A stretch of 63,938 bases of DNA, filler included, from Choristocarpus tenellus KU-1152 (taxonomy: Eukaryota > Protista > Phaeophyceae): the NCBI GenBank assembly GCA_964200185.2. It is 12 parts of 12 records of this genome, joined end to end, with 100 filler letters (N's around TTAATTAATTAA, not from the genome) between each part and the next. Parts side by side here need not be neighbours in the genome. Positions count along the whole stretch, not along the records: positions 8,480 to 13,205 come from CAXNAD020013321.1; positions 13,306 to 26,199 come from CAXNAD020001671.1; 10 more parts are not named here. The stretch is one strand, 5' to 3'. Under the pieces are notes generated by a model. It was given only the letters and a program-made list of their open reading frames with translations, did no database searches and was not told where the DNA came from. Positions within the stretch are counted from its first letter, which is position 1, and each line of letters begins with the position of its first letter. This document shows, piece after piece, positions 11,801 to 24,902 of the stretch. The position numbers were made by a program, and so were the translations under genes.

Positions 11801-12763
11801 GATATTCGATTCTTGAAACTAGAGGTTAACAGTGTAGACTATCACATCATACTACATAATAAAACATTGATCACACATGACATACAAAATATTTATCAAG
11901 AAAACAACATGAATAATACTAACAACAAATATATCCTAAAGGAAACTATTGAAACCACAAAAAATTATTATTATTATGATATCAATAAGAAGAAGAAGAA
12001 GAAATACATATATTTGCCTTAAAGTCGGCCTTGGTCAATTCTGCCAGTGTGTCCAGAGTGCGTTGTGGCTGATTGGTCTTATTAAGAGCCACCATCAACC
12101 AAGTGTAGCTGGCCCTCCCCAGCTTGATCCCCTTGTCTATCTCCGACATGAAAGTTATTATACTCTTGTGCTCTCCTGCCTGAGTAACAAATAGTATTAT
12201 TATTAACAGTGATAATAATTATTATTATGCAAGCATTGAAAATAATACAAATGAAACAACAGTAATAATAGTGGTAGTGGAGTAGTAAATATTTAAACTT
12301 TTTTCCTTTTTTGCAGTATCAGTAACATTCTTTTTGATATTATACACATTATGTTACACATTGTAACTTCAATCTTGTATATTGGTTCAAACTTCCCTAA
12401 AGAAATTTCTCAAACGCATCATCCTACAGATCAATCAATCAATAAATAAATAAATAAATATCAATATACTGACAAGATCAAAATGTACACATTTGGCTTG
12501 GTTATGATCATTTGAAGAGGTTGACTATGAAGAACAGCACTCAAAAAGTTTTAATTGTGAAAAAAATGTCCATTTCAATCAATTAGAAACACCATTTACT
12601 AGCCAAGAGACACTAACCAAGACTAAATGAGAATCAAATCAATTTAACACAGCACCTTTCCAAGAGACTCAATGATGCTGCCTGCTGAAGAGGGTTCCAA
12701 GCAGAAGCGAGAATTCTTCTTTGCCTCTTCCAACAGGGACAAAGACTTCTCCCACATGCCACC
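8815..12763 (-). CDS. Pentatricopeptide-repeat (PPR) protein, internal exons (partial)
   Basis: Exons 12763-12656, 12179-12018, 11314-11225, 10837-10745, 10077-9946 and 8994-8815 join in frame (all phase 0). They give PPR motifs such as GYNAAIHAAG, PSSVSYASVITACSRA, AVELLDEMEASGIDPYLYAYNSAIN and GVEPDSINYNIAINACARAG. Confidence 0.9.
11322..11485. repeat. Intronic low-complexity (AAC/ATC/ATT)n tract
   Basis: Degenerate trinucleotide/hexanucleotide repeats inside a PPR intron. Confidence 0.85.
11690..11800. repeat. (ACAT)n-like intronic microsatellite
   Basis: Direct reading of the sequence. Confidence 0.9.
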
Positions 12764-15700
12764 CTTCAACACAACACACAACACACAATACCAGTACAGG
12801 GTTAGGATTAGTACTTGAGACACAACCAATTGGAATAACAATCACACCAACTAAAACCACTAAAAACAATATTTCTGCCACTATTATCAATAAGATTAAC
12901 AACAAGATTAATAACAACACTAACCTATGAAAAACAAAAAAAATACCTACATCTACGCCTCACAAAATAAAATGAAAAATAAAATGAAAAATAATAATAA
13001 TAATTGTGAAGAATTACTGAGAAAAATAAAATAAAAATCATGCTCTACACCCACCAAAGAAAGTACGTAAAAGTTATCACCACTATTACTAACAATACTG
13101 AATCAAACCTTTGCTACTATCATCACAAATATTATTATTTTTTGTACTACTGCTGTTGTTCATCTCAGCGCATATCTCCACCCTGCCCCCCCACCCCCCC
13201 CCCCCNNNNNNNNNNNNNNNNNNNNNNNNNNNNNNNNNNNNNNNNNNNNTTAATTAATTAANNNNNNNNNNNNNNNNNNNNNNNNNNNNNNNNNNNNNNN
13301 NNNNNCCCGGATGATTCTCTTCGCCACCCTTGCCTGAGTGAACCACGCCGCCACAGAATCACACGATTCACACTAATATTATTTATATTGGGTTGAGGTA
13401 GGTTCGTTTTCCATTTTGGGATGATCTAAAATATAGATTGAATACCCTGAGTGAGCATTATTCGGAGTCGACCCATCATCACCATTGATCGCAAGGTTGC
13501 CGCTTGAGATGACGACGGATGATAGAATGCTGCTGATGCTATATAGAAGAGTTGCAAACCTTGTGCGGAAGCTACCTTGGGTTACTGCTTCCTTGGGGTG
13601 CTGCACGAGGTCTATCTGTGGGCAGGACATGTATCAAACCATGCCTTGTGAAACAACCAGCAGTCCATGGATCATGCTCCATCAATCATCCTAAAGTATG
13701 CAGCTTAGTACAATTGGTTGTGGAGTATTTTGATAGTACAGTAAAATCGTATTCATACGGTTCAGAACATTCGTTACATATGAGTACAGTGGCTAAAATA
13801 TATACCACCAACAGTAACGATGAATATACTCAGTCAAGAGATATCCTCCCATAAATCAAATTGGAGTGGGGGTGGTCACGATCAGGCTCCTCATGAAGAG
13901 TAGGCCATGTTGTACATGTCAATGTCAGCAATCTATCAAGCACAACCCTATTACAACTCGGAACGGAGAAGCCTTCTATACAGTAGTTGATACAATCCGA
14001 TTGGCGAACCTCATTCCCATTTGTTAAACCTGGAAACCCAATCAATTATTTTGCTATATACAGATACTATGTGACCGTGCGTTGCTTAGTCTGTGTAGGA
14101 CTCAACATCCATATCTAGTTCAAAACCACAACAGTGGTCCTTAAGCTTGGTCCCTCACCCCCTACACCCTGCTCATTTGATGGTTTTGTGTTGGTGTCAG
14201 ATTTTATGTCCCCTTCAGAAATGACGTACCCAATACCATGTGGGTCAACCGTGTCAAGTTGTATTTTCATTTCATACTGATAGGCGAACACGACTTGCTA
14301 CGACCAATTGACACCTATGTCATCAATACGGCTTCATCCCTCTTTGTAATTTACATACAACTTTTTTCTAGTGACTGTACCCACCCATCACCGTTGCCAA
14401 TAATGTCTATCAAAACATACTTCCTTACGTTTTTTGTGAAACTCACAGTCACACTGCCTATAATAGTGAATACCTAGAAATTCACATCGGTTCTTACGCC
14501 AACTTGCTAATTTCGTGTTCTGATTGTGGTGTTAGCAGCATCAGAATACAATATCAAAACAGCACCAGTAAGTACTAATATTAATAATGCATATTGTGTG
14601 TATCCGCTTAGAGATGTAACTCTTCAATTTTCTGAGCGAGTACGTTGATATTTAAAGTTCCTAGGGGAACTACACCAGAATAACACAATGCATACGACAA
14701 CATGACAATGTAATCGACAATAGTACAGTAATGCCAGAGGTCCAGTAAGTGAGGTAATTTTAAATGTTTAAATATTGGTCATCTTGACACTCATTCTTAG
14801 TCTGCTGTTATTAGTACTACCACTACTCCCCACCTAAAACCTGCGCAACAAACAGTAGTTTGTAAAGCTCTGTATTGCGGACAACCAACATTAATGTAAG
14901 GCGCACCCACATTGGAAAACAATCCCCCCATCCCATCCTAATATACCCACACCCGACGCTATATGTTTCTTGGAGAAAACAAATATTTATACGCCAGTTT
15001 TTCTTTATGTCATCATAAGGTATAGCCAAAAATCTTGCATTCCTCGCAGAGGTCTACTTCGTGGGTTGTAGATACTACTCTACCCCCTCTTAATCATTCA
15101 TATTAGTTCTATTTTTAGACGTCACTTTGATCTTTTATATACCTTTGGTTAGAGGATTGTCAACACCAAGAAAGCATGATGATATCAAATGGAAGCAATG
15201 TGACAGTAGAAGAAATGGTGCAAGAAAAAGGATGTATTCCTACACATCAATGAAGGTTCTGCCATCATTGGGTGTATCTATCCTATTTTTGGACAGATCA
15301 TCTACAAGCCCAAGCACAAGCGTAAGGAGCCTTTTACTTTTGCATTACGGCTGCACTCATGTCCTTCTACCCTGCCGTGTATGTTCACCAAGTGACTGTG
15401 TTACATGGATGACGTGGACTCCATGGTTGCCTCTTACTCACCCCGCTTTGTAACAACATGCCTGCTGCCGAGGTTGTACGTTCACTCACACAACCACTGT
15501 AATATACGAATTCGAAGTATATAATGAAACAAGGCTTGAGTTAGATTACTTTTTAATCTGCCTTACTTTTTCTGTATGTTGTATTAATGAATCTAACAAA
15601 GAATGCCTTAGCACACTTCCTACTCCACTTCGTGCATAAGCTGCATTATTGCAGTATTACTTCCTACATGTGGATCTGCGTGGGGTGTGTCAAATTGAAT

Positions 15701-17388
15701 TCCCAGTCCGACATTTCCTCTATCCCATCGTAACATATTTTCAGAATGGTGACACATGCAGTCCAATGAAATGTATTCTTTGGCAGACTTGACACTCTAG
15801 TTATGCAAATACAGACTAGAATCTTTCTTGTTGATACCAAAGAAGAAGTGCATGTTACGACATTTCACCTTGGCCCAAAAAATGCCCTGCACATATCATA
15901 GATGGGCGCCTTTGAGCCAAAAGATTATGTTTCACGCTGCGAAAAAATAATAGGAATCACCTTCATTTAATAGGGGCAGGGGCAGCAAGTGGAGAAGAGT
16001 CATAGCAACACCTCATTAACTCTGATCAACAACAAAATGCCACTTTCCATCTAGCGGTAGTTGAAAATAAATAAAATAGGGTATGGACCAACAAGAAAAT
16101 TCAATGTGTGTGACTCTCTGTCCAAGTTCCAAGCCCCAAGCCCCAAGTCTCGCTCCACAGGATCAGGTAAAAGCAAAAAAACACTACTTATTAGCACTGA
16201 AAAAAAAAAGATAGCTCATTCTGGCACATGCACACAAAATGAAGATATGTCAAGTCTCACTACTCAGAATTTCAGTTTCTTAAGAAAGAAGGGGACGGTT
16301 CTGTACATGACACTCCCACCCCACATTTGTTTATATCGCAGTATATGATTAGGGTTAGGACACAACAACCACACCACTCTCTCTATAGTGCTCCTTACCC
16401 TCAAGGGACTGGTCTCGTGCTTTGGAGTACCTACATACAATTGGGTTGTGCTTACTTCATGTGAGTCACCACTTCTTGCAAACAAATTCTTTCAAAATGT
16501 ATTGTGAATAGCAGCAGATATTCAAAGGGGCAATTTCTCCTCATTAGTTCCCTTTCCAGGCAAGTCCTTCATGTCCATTGAAGTCAGGTACGGAAACACT
16601 CTGATGTGGTAATGTGTACATGGTTGTAAACACCAACCAAATGTGGAGGTGCAGCATTCCGTGTCACAAAATGTGAGGGGCATACACCACAAAATATATT
16701 GGGGAAAAAGCCAACGGAAAACAAGTCAAATGGATAATCTGATTGGAAAGAACATAGCTGTTTCAGTAACTATGTTCTTGAACGATATTAGACGACAGTT
16801 GACTTGCTTGTTTGACAGGAGGAGATATTGGAAAAAAAAATGTAAATCAACATAAACAACCCGCATGCTGCCAGCCTTACTAAGGTGCCACTTACATTCT
16901 GAGCTCTTAAGTACTTGAACACTATGTCTAAAACCTATGGGTAAAGGAAGGGCTGCAGCATAAACCAGTCCCAGTTTCTCCACAGTGCAGTGCTATGGAT
17001 GATGATGACACAGACCAACCAAGGGTAACAAGATCCGTGCCCGTTGAATTTATCTAAAGCACCCACCCCATTAGCAACCTCAAAAAAAACTAGGGCAAGG
17101 ACGCATCAAGCATGACCAGGGTCCTGGATTACTGTATCACAAAACTTGGATAGCACACATTCTTTTCAAAAGGTGGTGAAGATCAATCAGGCACCCGTGT
17201 ATGCATCAAAACGAGAGGCAGTCCCCACATGTCACGGACAACTACATGTAGAAAAGCAAAAAAAAAGGAGCAGATTGGGCTGAGCAGCAGGGCAATAGAG
17301 TCATTCCAAGCCTATATAACACAAAATAATACTTTCATACGTCCGGCCTTCTATCCCAGCCTGCACCTCGCCTTCTGCACGCCATAAC

Positions 17389-18716
17389 TTAAGAACCTCC
17401 TGACACTGTGGAGAAAGCCATCCGCAAGAGCTCCTGGCGAGGAATGCCCGTGGAAAGTTCCACAAATGGAATGCTTAGGCAAAGGAAGAGGCCTGCCAGA
17501 AGGATTCCTCCAATTGGTCTGCAGATTGATAAAATAAAAAACATGGCGTGCAAGAGGCGGAACGATACATGTGAGTCACTATGTGTCGTCAAATATACTT
17601 GTAAGTATCTTAGAGTTGCAAAAATGAGGAGAGTAGGATTGGGCTGGGGTTAGGGTTTATGCATGGGAAAGGTCGGTATTACTGAGTTTCAGGAAGGGAG
17701 TGTTACCTCTGGTACGATCAAAGGGAGGGCAGGGGAAGCACGTTTCTAGGATTTTTAGAAGGTAGGGGATCTTATGGAGCCTATACAAGCTAGGATGGAG
17801 GATCCCGCTGCCAGAAATATCTGCGGTGAATGAGAAAACGCATGTACGACTTTGGATGAAGACGGCAATCTACCCTACGTTGACAGGGTGACTACATTCA
17901 TTCCCCCTGCTGTTGATCCACGACAGGAAGTAGTTGGTTCCATCCATTTTTCACTGTTGCAACAAGTTCAGAGCGATAAACCGCAATTTCCAGAAGAACT
18001 CGACGCAACCCATGGGTGTTATGAGAGTGTGAACAAAATACATAGTTTCATTTAGCATTTGCTCAAGGAGACATATCTCGAAGAAAAAACTAATCTCATG
18101 AAATCAAATTGAACAACTTTGTGAAAATATCACACCTCGTATAGGCAATGACATAGCTCATGTACATGGTGTCGTCCTTGGCATTGATGGCACCTCCAAA
18201 GCCGGAAGGCCGAACGCAAAGCAAGTTAGGGTTTCTGGTAACCATGCCGACGGTCTCGTCTGCCCCAAAAACCTCGCTGAATGCCTCGAAGGTTGCCTTG
18301 AAGTTGGTTGGATCGTAGCCAAGAACAGCAGGGACCGCCTTGACCTTAACAATTATTGTTGGCAGGGGGGGTTAAATAAAGTGCATCCTTAGGAGCATGA
18401 GGGTCGTGTGTAAATCGTTCCCTCGAATATTTCTTACCATCTTGACAGTATTATCCGTCCCATATATTTCCTCTAGCGTGTCAAACACACTCTGGGCACT
18501 AGCTTCTGCATCAAGAGTCTCTTCCCACTTCTTCTTCCCTGCGTACTTCTTGTACTGGGCCACAGCTGCGCTCCTCGAGTCAGACATATGCATTCTCCTC
18601 AATACCGTCCTGCCAGTCAGGGAAATTCCCAGCCCTGCAGGCTGTACAAATCCCTGGCTTGCAGGTACAAGGCATGCAAGTGCCAATGCTACAATACACA
18701 GCGGCCTAAAGATCAT
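17389..18716 (-). CDS. Plastid-targeted conserved hypothetical membrane protein, 205 aa, 3 exons (complete)
   Basis: Exons 18716-18438, 18344-18136 and 17518-17389 splice GT-AG in frame. N-terminus MIFRPLCIVALALACLVPASQG|FVQP is a signal peptide plus ASAFAP-like motif and transit peptide. The C-terminal hydrophobic segment is RPIGGILLAGLFLCLSIPF. Confidence 0.88.
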
Positions 18717-19178
18717 CGTCACGACGTGTGTTGTTGATGTCGGGTTGCTCGATTCATGTTCATTGCCCCAGGGAAACCCTAACCCCAGCATTGATCCCTA
18801 ACCCTTCTCGAAGCACTGGCTCTCTCTCTCTCTCTCTGGTTGAAGCAATAATGCTTGCTTCCAACCAAGTTCGATGTGACTTCTGGCATCTGTGTGTGTC
18901 CACGTAGGTGGTCCATTCAACAGCAATCAGACCAATATTTTAACATTCACCATTCAACTTGCTCTTGTGCGTTGGGCAAAGACGCTACTAGGTCTCAACC
19001 AAGCCTACTCCATCTATGTGCTACAAAACCAAGTGCAGGTCGTGCGGTCTCACAACCTGGTCTGGATGCGGTGGTCATATCGCAAGGTGAAACTGATTGA
19101 TTTTAGATCGTGTCCGGAATGACTTGATAATAGCAAGTAGTCGTTGTATTTTGTTTGACTGCGTATTCACTCGAAAAA

Positions 19179-19369
19179 ATGTCAAGTAGTGACGGAAACC
19201 CACGACCTTATCCCTCCTATCGTCCTCCTCGTGATGATATGCTGCCAGCGCCCTTCAGGGGGTTCCCAGGAATGAACGCTGTCCTGGCTGGAGGCACAAC
19301 AAGTGCCCCGGACTACGGGCACCATCTTCTTCTCCCCCCCCTGCTATTCGCTCCCAGCCTTCGACGAAG
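19179..19369 (+). CDS. Possible first exon of an unknown gene divergent from the plastid-protein gene
   Basis: ATG-initiated GC-rich open stretch (MSSSDGNPRPYPSYRPP...) ending at AG|GTATCC. No domain recognised. Confidence 0.3.
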
Positions 19370-19864
19370 GTATCCTAAGGAAGACGCAATTGTAGGGACG
19401 ATCGTAGAGGTCGTTGTGGGCGGTTGTGTCTCGACCCAGAGAGTACTCTAGATCACTGTACGGTAGAGTCGAAAGGGAAGGAAACTGCGTTGAAGGATAA
19501 GTGGTAGGTTAGATTGATGGCGATTGTTGGCGATCACTACCATGAAATTATTTAGGTGGGTTTCGTTTTTTTTCAAGTATGTAAGTAAGAAAGTGCACCC
19601 ATCAGATGGGCTGATCCCCTGTGTGGAATGTGCTGCATCGAGTAGTTCAGTCTCCAACTCAAGGGATTCTTGCATCGAGTCGCATTGATTCCATTGTATG
19701 ATGTACACGATTGTACAGTATCAGCTACTTCGAAGATGTTGAATTGACATGTAAAGGTACTTCAGGTATGTATGGCACTGCAGTGTCTACTCTGAAACCA
19801 TACGGTGTTCTTCAGACTATGTTGCATTCTGTGTATCTCTCCTTGTGAGTGTAAATGCGAGTGC

Positions 19865-19955
19865 ATTTGTGAGTGTGTGTGCGTGTGCGTGCGTGTGCGT
19901 GCGTGAGTGTGTGGGTGCATGAGATTGTGAGAGTGTGAATATGCGAGTGAATGTA
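19865..19955. repeat. (GT)/(GCGT) microsatellite
   Basis: Direct reading of the sequence. Confidence 0.85.
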
Positions 19956-22900
19956 TGGTGCACTTTGTTTATTTGTGCATCCAAGTTTCTGCCACTTTGG
20001 AATGGCTTGGGGAGTCCTCACTGCTCTTGGGCTGGCCATGTACTGTAGACTTTTCAACACTTTGAATTATATTCCACATAGAGCTTTAAAATAGATGTAT
20101 GCTCATGCCCATCCACGTTCCTCTAAATGTAATGGTACTCGAGAACATAAAGGAAGTGCATCAAGGGCATTCATTTTCCCCATTCCCCGATTGTGCCAAA
20201 CTCACAGTTTATGAACAACGTTATTATACATGGTTCATCATGCCATGCTGCAGTAGAGCGTGGAGTCACACTACATAGTAATTTCGTAGGACTTAGTTTA
20301 GTGCTCAAGCAATGTATGTGGGATTACGTTTTGAAGGTAGCAGAAGATGCACCAAGGAGCGAGCAACAGCATGCTTGACACACAAAAAGTGCAAGAAGTA
20401 TTTCGCATGCATCTATCCATAGCACCTCTTAGGGTCTACTCAACTTAGCCTGTCGCAGCCTCAACAGTAGGACCTGACCTAAGTATGTAATTGTGCACCA
20501 TGTTAACCTCATTGCAGGTATTGAGTTAAGTCTACCGCAATGAGTTACGTAGTACATATCACTATGCTTCTACCACTACCGTAATACCTCGTTGCATGGC
20601 AGGTTATAACCTCCCTCTTTCATTAGCAACCACTCTTTTGGAAATGTTGGTCGGGGCCTGTGAACTTTTGGAGGAAAACGCAACCCAGAGGACCTACCAA
20701 ACACAAATATGTAGTAACACATTTGAAAGGTAGCAGGAGGACAGAGTCAAACTAAACAGCATACTCGAAAAACCACACTGTTGGCAATTGCGTGCACACA
20801 TCTAATCCGCTCCTCAGATTCCGAATTTTGAAAGACCCATGACTTTTGCCAGCAATATTTACTGTTTAGATTTTCTCCATATCCAAAAATTGGAGAATCT
20901 CTACCAGAATGTCAACCAAGTACCTCGGACACTCTGAATTTTTTAGGAATGATAAAACTAGACAAGTCATGCACACAGAATGACAAAGACAACAAAACCC
21001 AAACAGATAACATCTCAGCTACTACGGCTCTATAGGTGTCCACTGCGTTCATTACTCCATTTCACTGTGCAGGCCCTAATAAGAGAGTTCAAAAGCAGGC
21101 CTACAATATTTCGCCAGACTCCAGCTGAGGAGGAGGCATTAGGATGATATCATGCAACAGTTGGATCACTACACCTGTCGTATCTTTGCACATGCCAGCG
21201 TCGTAAATGTCCTGGAGGTATCTGCCGCGAATGTGTTGTCTTACATCTCCTTCGATATTTGAATGGTTTTGATCTTCCACCAGGAGTCAAACATGGCAGA
21301 GCAATAGCGTTGCCAAGGCAGCTGTGGTCAGCTATCGTACAGATCACGCATACATTCGTGTGGAGCTCTGGAGCTCTAGATATGCATGTACTAAGTACAT
21401 AACACCACCAAGAGAGAGAGAGTTCGTCGCGTGATTCCCTTTATCTTAATGTTTTCTTGATTAAAAAAAAGCTCTCCTGCTGCATCGGTGGTCTCATGCT
21501 CAGTCTATTTTTTGATCAATATTGATGACTCTTCTGGCATGGATATGGCTGCCTGTACCATGACAAAATGGAAATAGGTGTTGGACAGATGTTGTCAAGG
21601 GTAATGTGTGTAGAGCTCCATACAGGTCAATGCAAGGCAGCAACTAAAAGGTTTCAGCTAAGATGACCTAAAGTTCCGGAAATGTGCAAAGACTAGTGTT
21701 GTTGCACACGGCCATCTACTGCATGAATAGAGAACTAGAGAAGGGAAGTAGCTTGCGCCAACAATATCATTTTGTGGTGGAACGGCAGTGATATTCAACA
21801 GATCGGTCACACAAAAATTGATTTGTGTGCAATACCTTCTGTGGAGTAAAAAACAGTTGCCCGTGTATCGTGAATACTATTGATGGCACTTTGAGAAACT
21901 ATTTGAAGAACGTTTTCATCACTGCAGTATACAGTAGTGGTAAGTCAGAATCAGACGTAGACCTAGGGAAGGAAACGATAGCCAGGCAACAATGGCCAAC
22001 TGATGTTTTACTTGTGTCATCGCATGCACCAAGGCAAATGGTGAAGAGGCAAGTCTTTGACAAAGCAAAGGGCCACAATATATCTCTCCCGAGCTACAGA
22101 CCAGGATACCTTGTGGGAGGACAGGGAAAGGGAATATGTTGTGAAACATTCCATGATGTTCTGGACTATGATACTTAGAAGTGCAGAACTTCTGCCCCAT
22201 AATCTCTACCTCCCACATGGCAAGTACGCCCAAGTAGGTGCCAAGGAATGCCAACAATCCCCCCCCAATGGACCAAAGACGGAATATGCTTAGGTGAGAA
22301 CATTACCTGAACCTGAGGTATCTGTACTATGCACTACTGTATTACAGTATAGTGGTATATCAAGGTCAAATATGTGCTTCCATTGATCCCGTTATTTCAA
22401 CTAAATTATAGTATATTTTCGACCTACTGGTTTGTGCTGGAAATACTTTGTCTATATTGACCATTCGTTGCTCTGATTCAAAGATACACTATGCATCCTA
22501 ATAGTGTAACAACAAACGAGAAGAGTCCCTAAATATAAAATGAGTAACGCATTTCCAACTTCTTTTCACTGGTTTAACGCTCAACCAAGAAGGGAGTACC
22601 CCAATGTTTACTCAATTTAATCATGTTCAAACGTCTAAAATGGTCGCTTTCTTCTCCCCAAGTGCTTGGGTTTGGCTAAAAACCTTGTGTCTCCAAACCC
22701 TCCCTAAAGAACGTCCTTGAAAGCAGCGGAAGGAGGAAGTTAATACTGAAAGTGTACAGCGCATTTGCATTGCACAAGCTTCAAAGTCATGTTGGTTGTG
22801 ACTCCGATATTCAGTTTCGAATTTGACAGGCAGCAAAAGCGAGAAATCCACAACTATACTCGTACTGGAATCATATAATGACCTCAAGGCATGCCCTGCA

Positions 22901-23696
22901 CGTGCAAGTATATTACAAGCAGGGTCTGGGAGCTGAGAGATTATTGGTGTGCATACCCAACCAATAATTTATATCGACAAAAATGTTGCGCCCAAACACA
23001 TATTTGTCGCCTCCCCACTATTAAGGAGTACAAGACATTTGAAGTAAGTAAATAACGTCGAGAATATAAATATTATATACTATACTCACATTAAACGATT
23101 TAACTACTGAACCAGAAGTGATCGGTTAATCTTCAACGAGAAATATAAACTGTAAAACGGGAACAACAGTAGTAGTGTATTGAAGATTTACCTGAAATGA
23201 GGAACTGTTATCGTAGAATAACTTCATAATAAATATTTCCCAACTGTTTTTGGGAGGGATATGGAAGATCTTGATACCTTATCACCCTACAAGAACCATA
23301 AAACTACAGCCATATTTCAAACGAAACCTTGCTTTTGAAATTACTTATTGTTTCAGTTTTAGGTGTGATCTTTTAGCTCACTTTTTGTTGTAAATCTTCC
23401 ACATAACGATGATTCTACTAATCTATTATATATTCAGACAAAACATGGACAACTAATAATACTTTGAAATAAGTAGAAAATGTTCATTTATCTCGCAAAA
23501 GCAAAGGAAACACAAGTACAATGCACCACAAAACATGACAAAATCCCTTAGTAATATTCCAGATTCTGTAAGATTACTTCAACCCTGAGTTGGTATACCT
23601 GATTCAAATCACAAATAAATAGCTGGGCTGATCCCCTTACTATATGGAAAAAGGGTATATGGAGTGAGGGGACGAGGTAAGTCGAAATCCCAAAGT

Positions 23697-23875
23697 GACC
23701 CAAAGTATCTGGGGGGGGGAGGGGGGATAAGTCTGGTGTCTATTTGGGCCATGACCAGGAAAATTGCTCTTAGACTATCCATCCGATGTACGCAACCAAA
23801 TCACACAAAAATCGCGACCTGAAAAAATTGACCCCAGATGGAGAGTCGCCACCTCCCCCCCAGATACTTTGAGCC
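23697..23875 (-). mobile_element. MITE family A copy
   Basis: TIRs GACCCAAAGTATCTGGG / CCCAGATACTTTGAGCC and TSD AGT on both sides. Confidence 0.9.
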
Positions 23876-24712
23876 AGTAAGACTTTAAACCGAGCCGGTC
23901 AACCAGAGTGACTGCCCGGACCGAGACCATTGACTGGCCTGTAGCCTGATATAGATGCAAGGTTGATGGTCCCAGTCCGATCCTATTAAGACATAGCTCA
24001 CATGGGGCCAACCCGTGATTTTGCCCAGATACAGTCCAGACGTTTTCAGTCCGAGTCAGATAAGACACATTGTACCTGGGCTGGTACATGACCCAGTCTG
24101 ACTGTACGCTCTGATGGCCCTGGACTGATCCTGTTGAATGATAGGTTGTATTTACTTTTGTTATCCTATCAGGCTCTCCAAGTATGATGAAGATTGAAAA
24201 TTGAAAAGGCTTTTCACAAGGAGTAGATTGTAAAGTCTAGTTGAAGCATTATAATCTAAGCAAACAAATATATATTTATGGGCAGTGGGAACAATCAGCT
24301 ATACTCATGCCACTTCTGGACAGGTACGGATACAGGCGGTGCCCACCTCTTACAACAAGTATTTTGTGCCTGTATGCACTGCTAAACACTGCCTTGTGAA
24401 TTTCTACTCTCTGAGGTAGGGGTGTAACCTACCAGGCTATTCACAACAGCGTTCAAGCCTTCAGTCCGCTATCTTGTCCCATCCTGCCAATTCCGAGTCC
24501 TCTGATTCATAAAGCGCAATGAGTTCCACGGCCGCCTCTGACAACCATCAATCATCCCATCCTTGGCCCTACCCATCTTTTTACAATCTACATGGAACCT
24601 CCCTACCCAATTCTAAATTATTGTGCTCACTACCCTTCCTTCTATGTTCTATTTCTTCTTTCCCCCTTGTTTCCCTCCCTTCCTACCTCTAACAACTTTA
24701 CCGCCACCGAAT

Positions 24713-24902
24713 GCTTCAAAGTATCTGGGGTGTGTGTGTGTGGGGGGGTCTACACCAGAGTGTCCATTCGGTCCCCGACCAGGAAAAGTGCACTTACATT
24801 ATCCATCCGACGCATGCAACCAAATCACCCAAGAATCACAACATGGAAAAATGGGTCGCGAATAGACAGCCAGCCCCCCCCCCCCCTCAGATACTTTGAG
24901 TC
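24713..24902 (-). mobile_element. MITE family A copy
   Basis: TIRs GCTTCAAAGTATCTGGG / CTCAGATACTTTGAGTC and TSD AAT on both sides. Confidence 0.9.

Noticed and set aside
13306-17300. Scattered short exon-like segments on both strands
   Set aside because: Splice-like signals exist, but I could not assemble a consistent frame or recognise a domain.
19400-23600. Short ORFs downstream of the 19179 candidate exon
   Set aside because: No recognisable motifs and no coherent exon chain.
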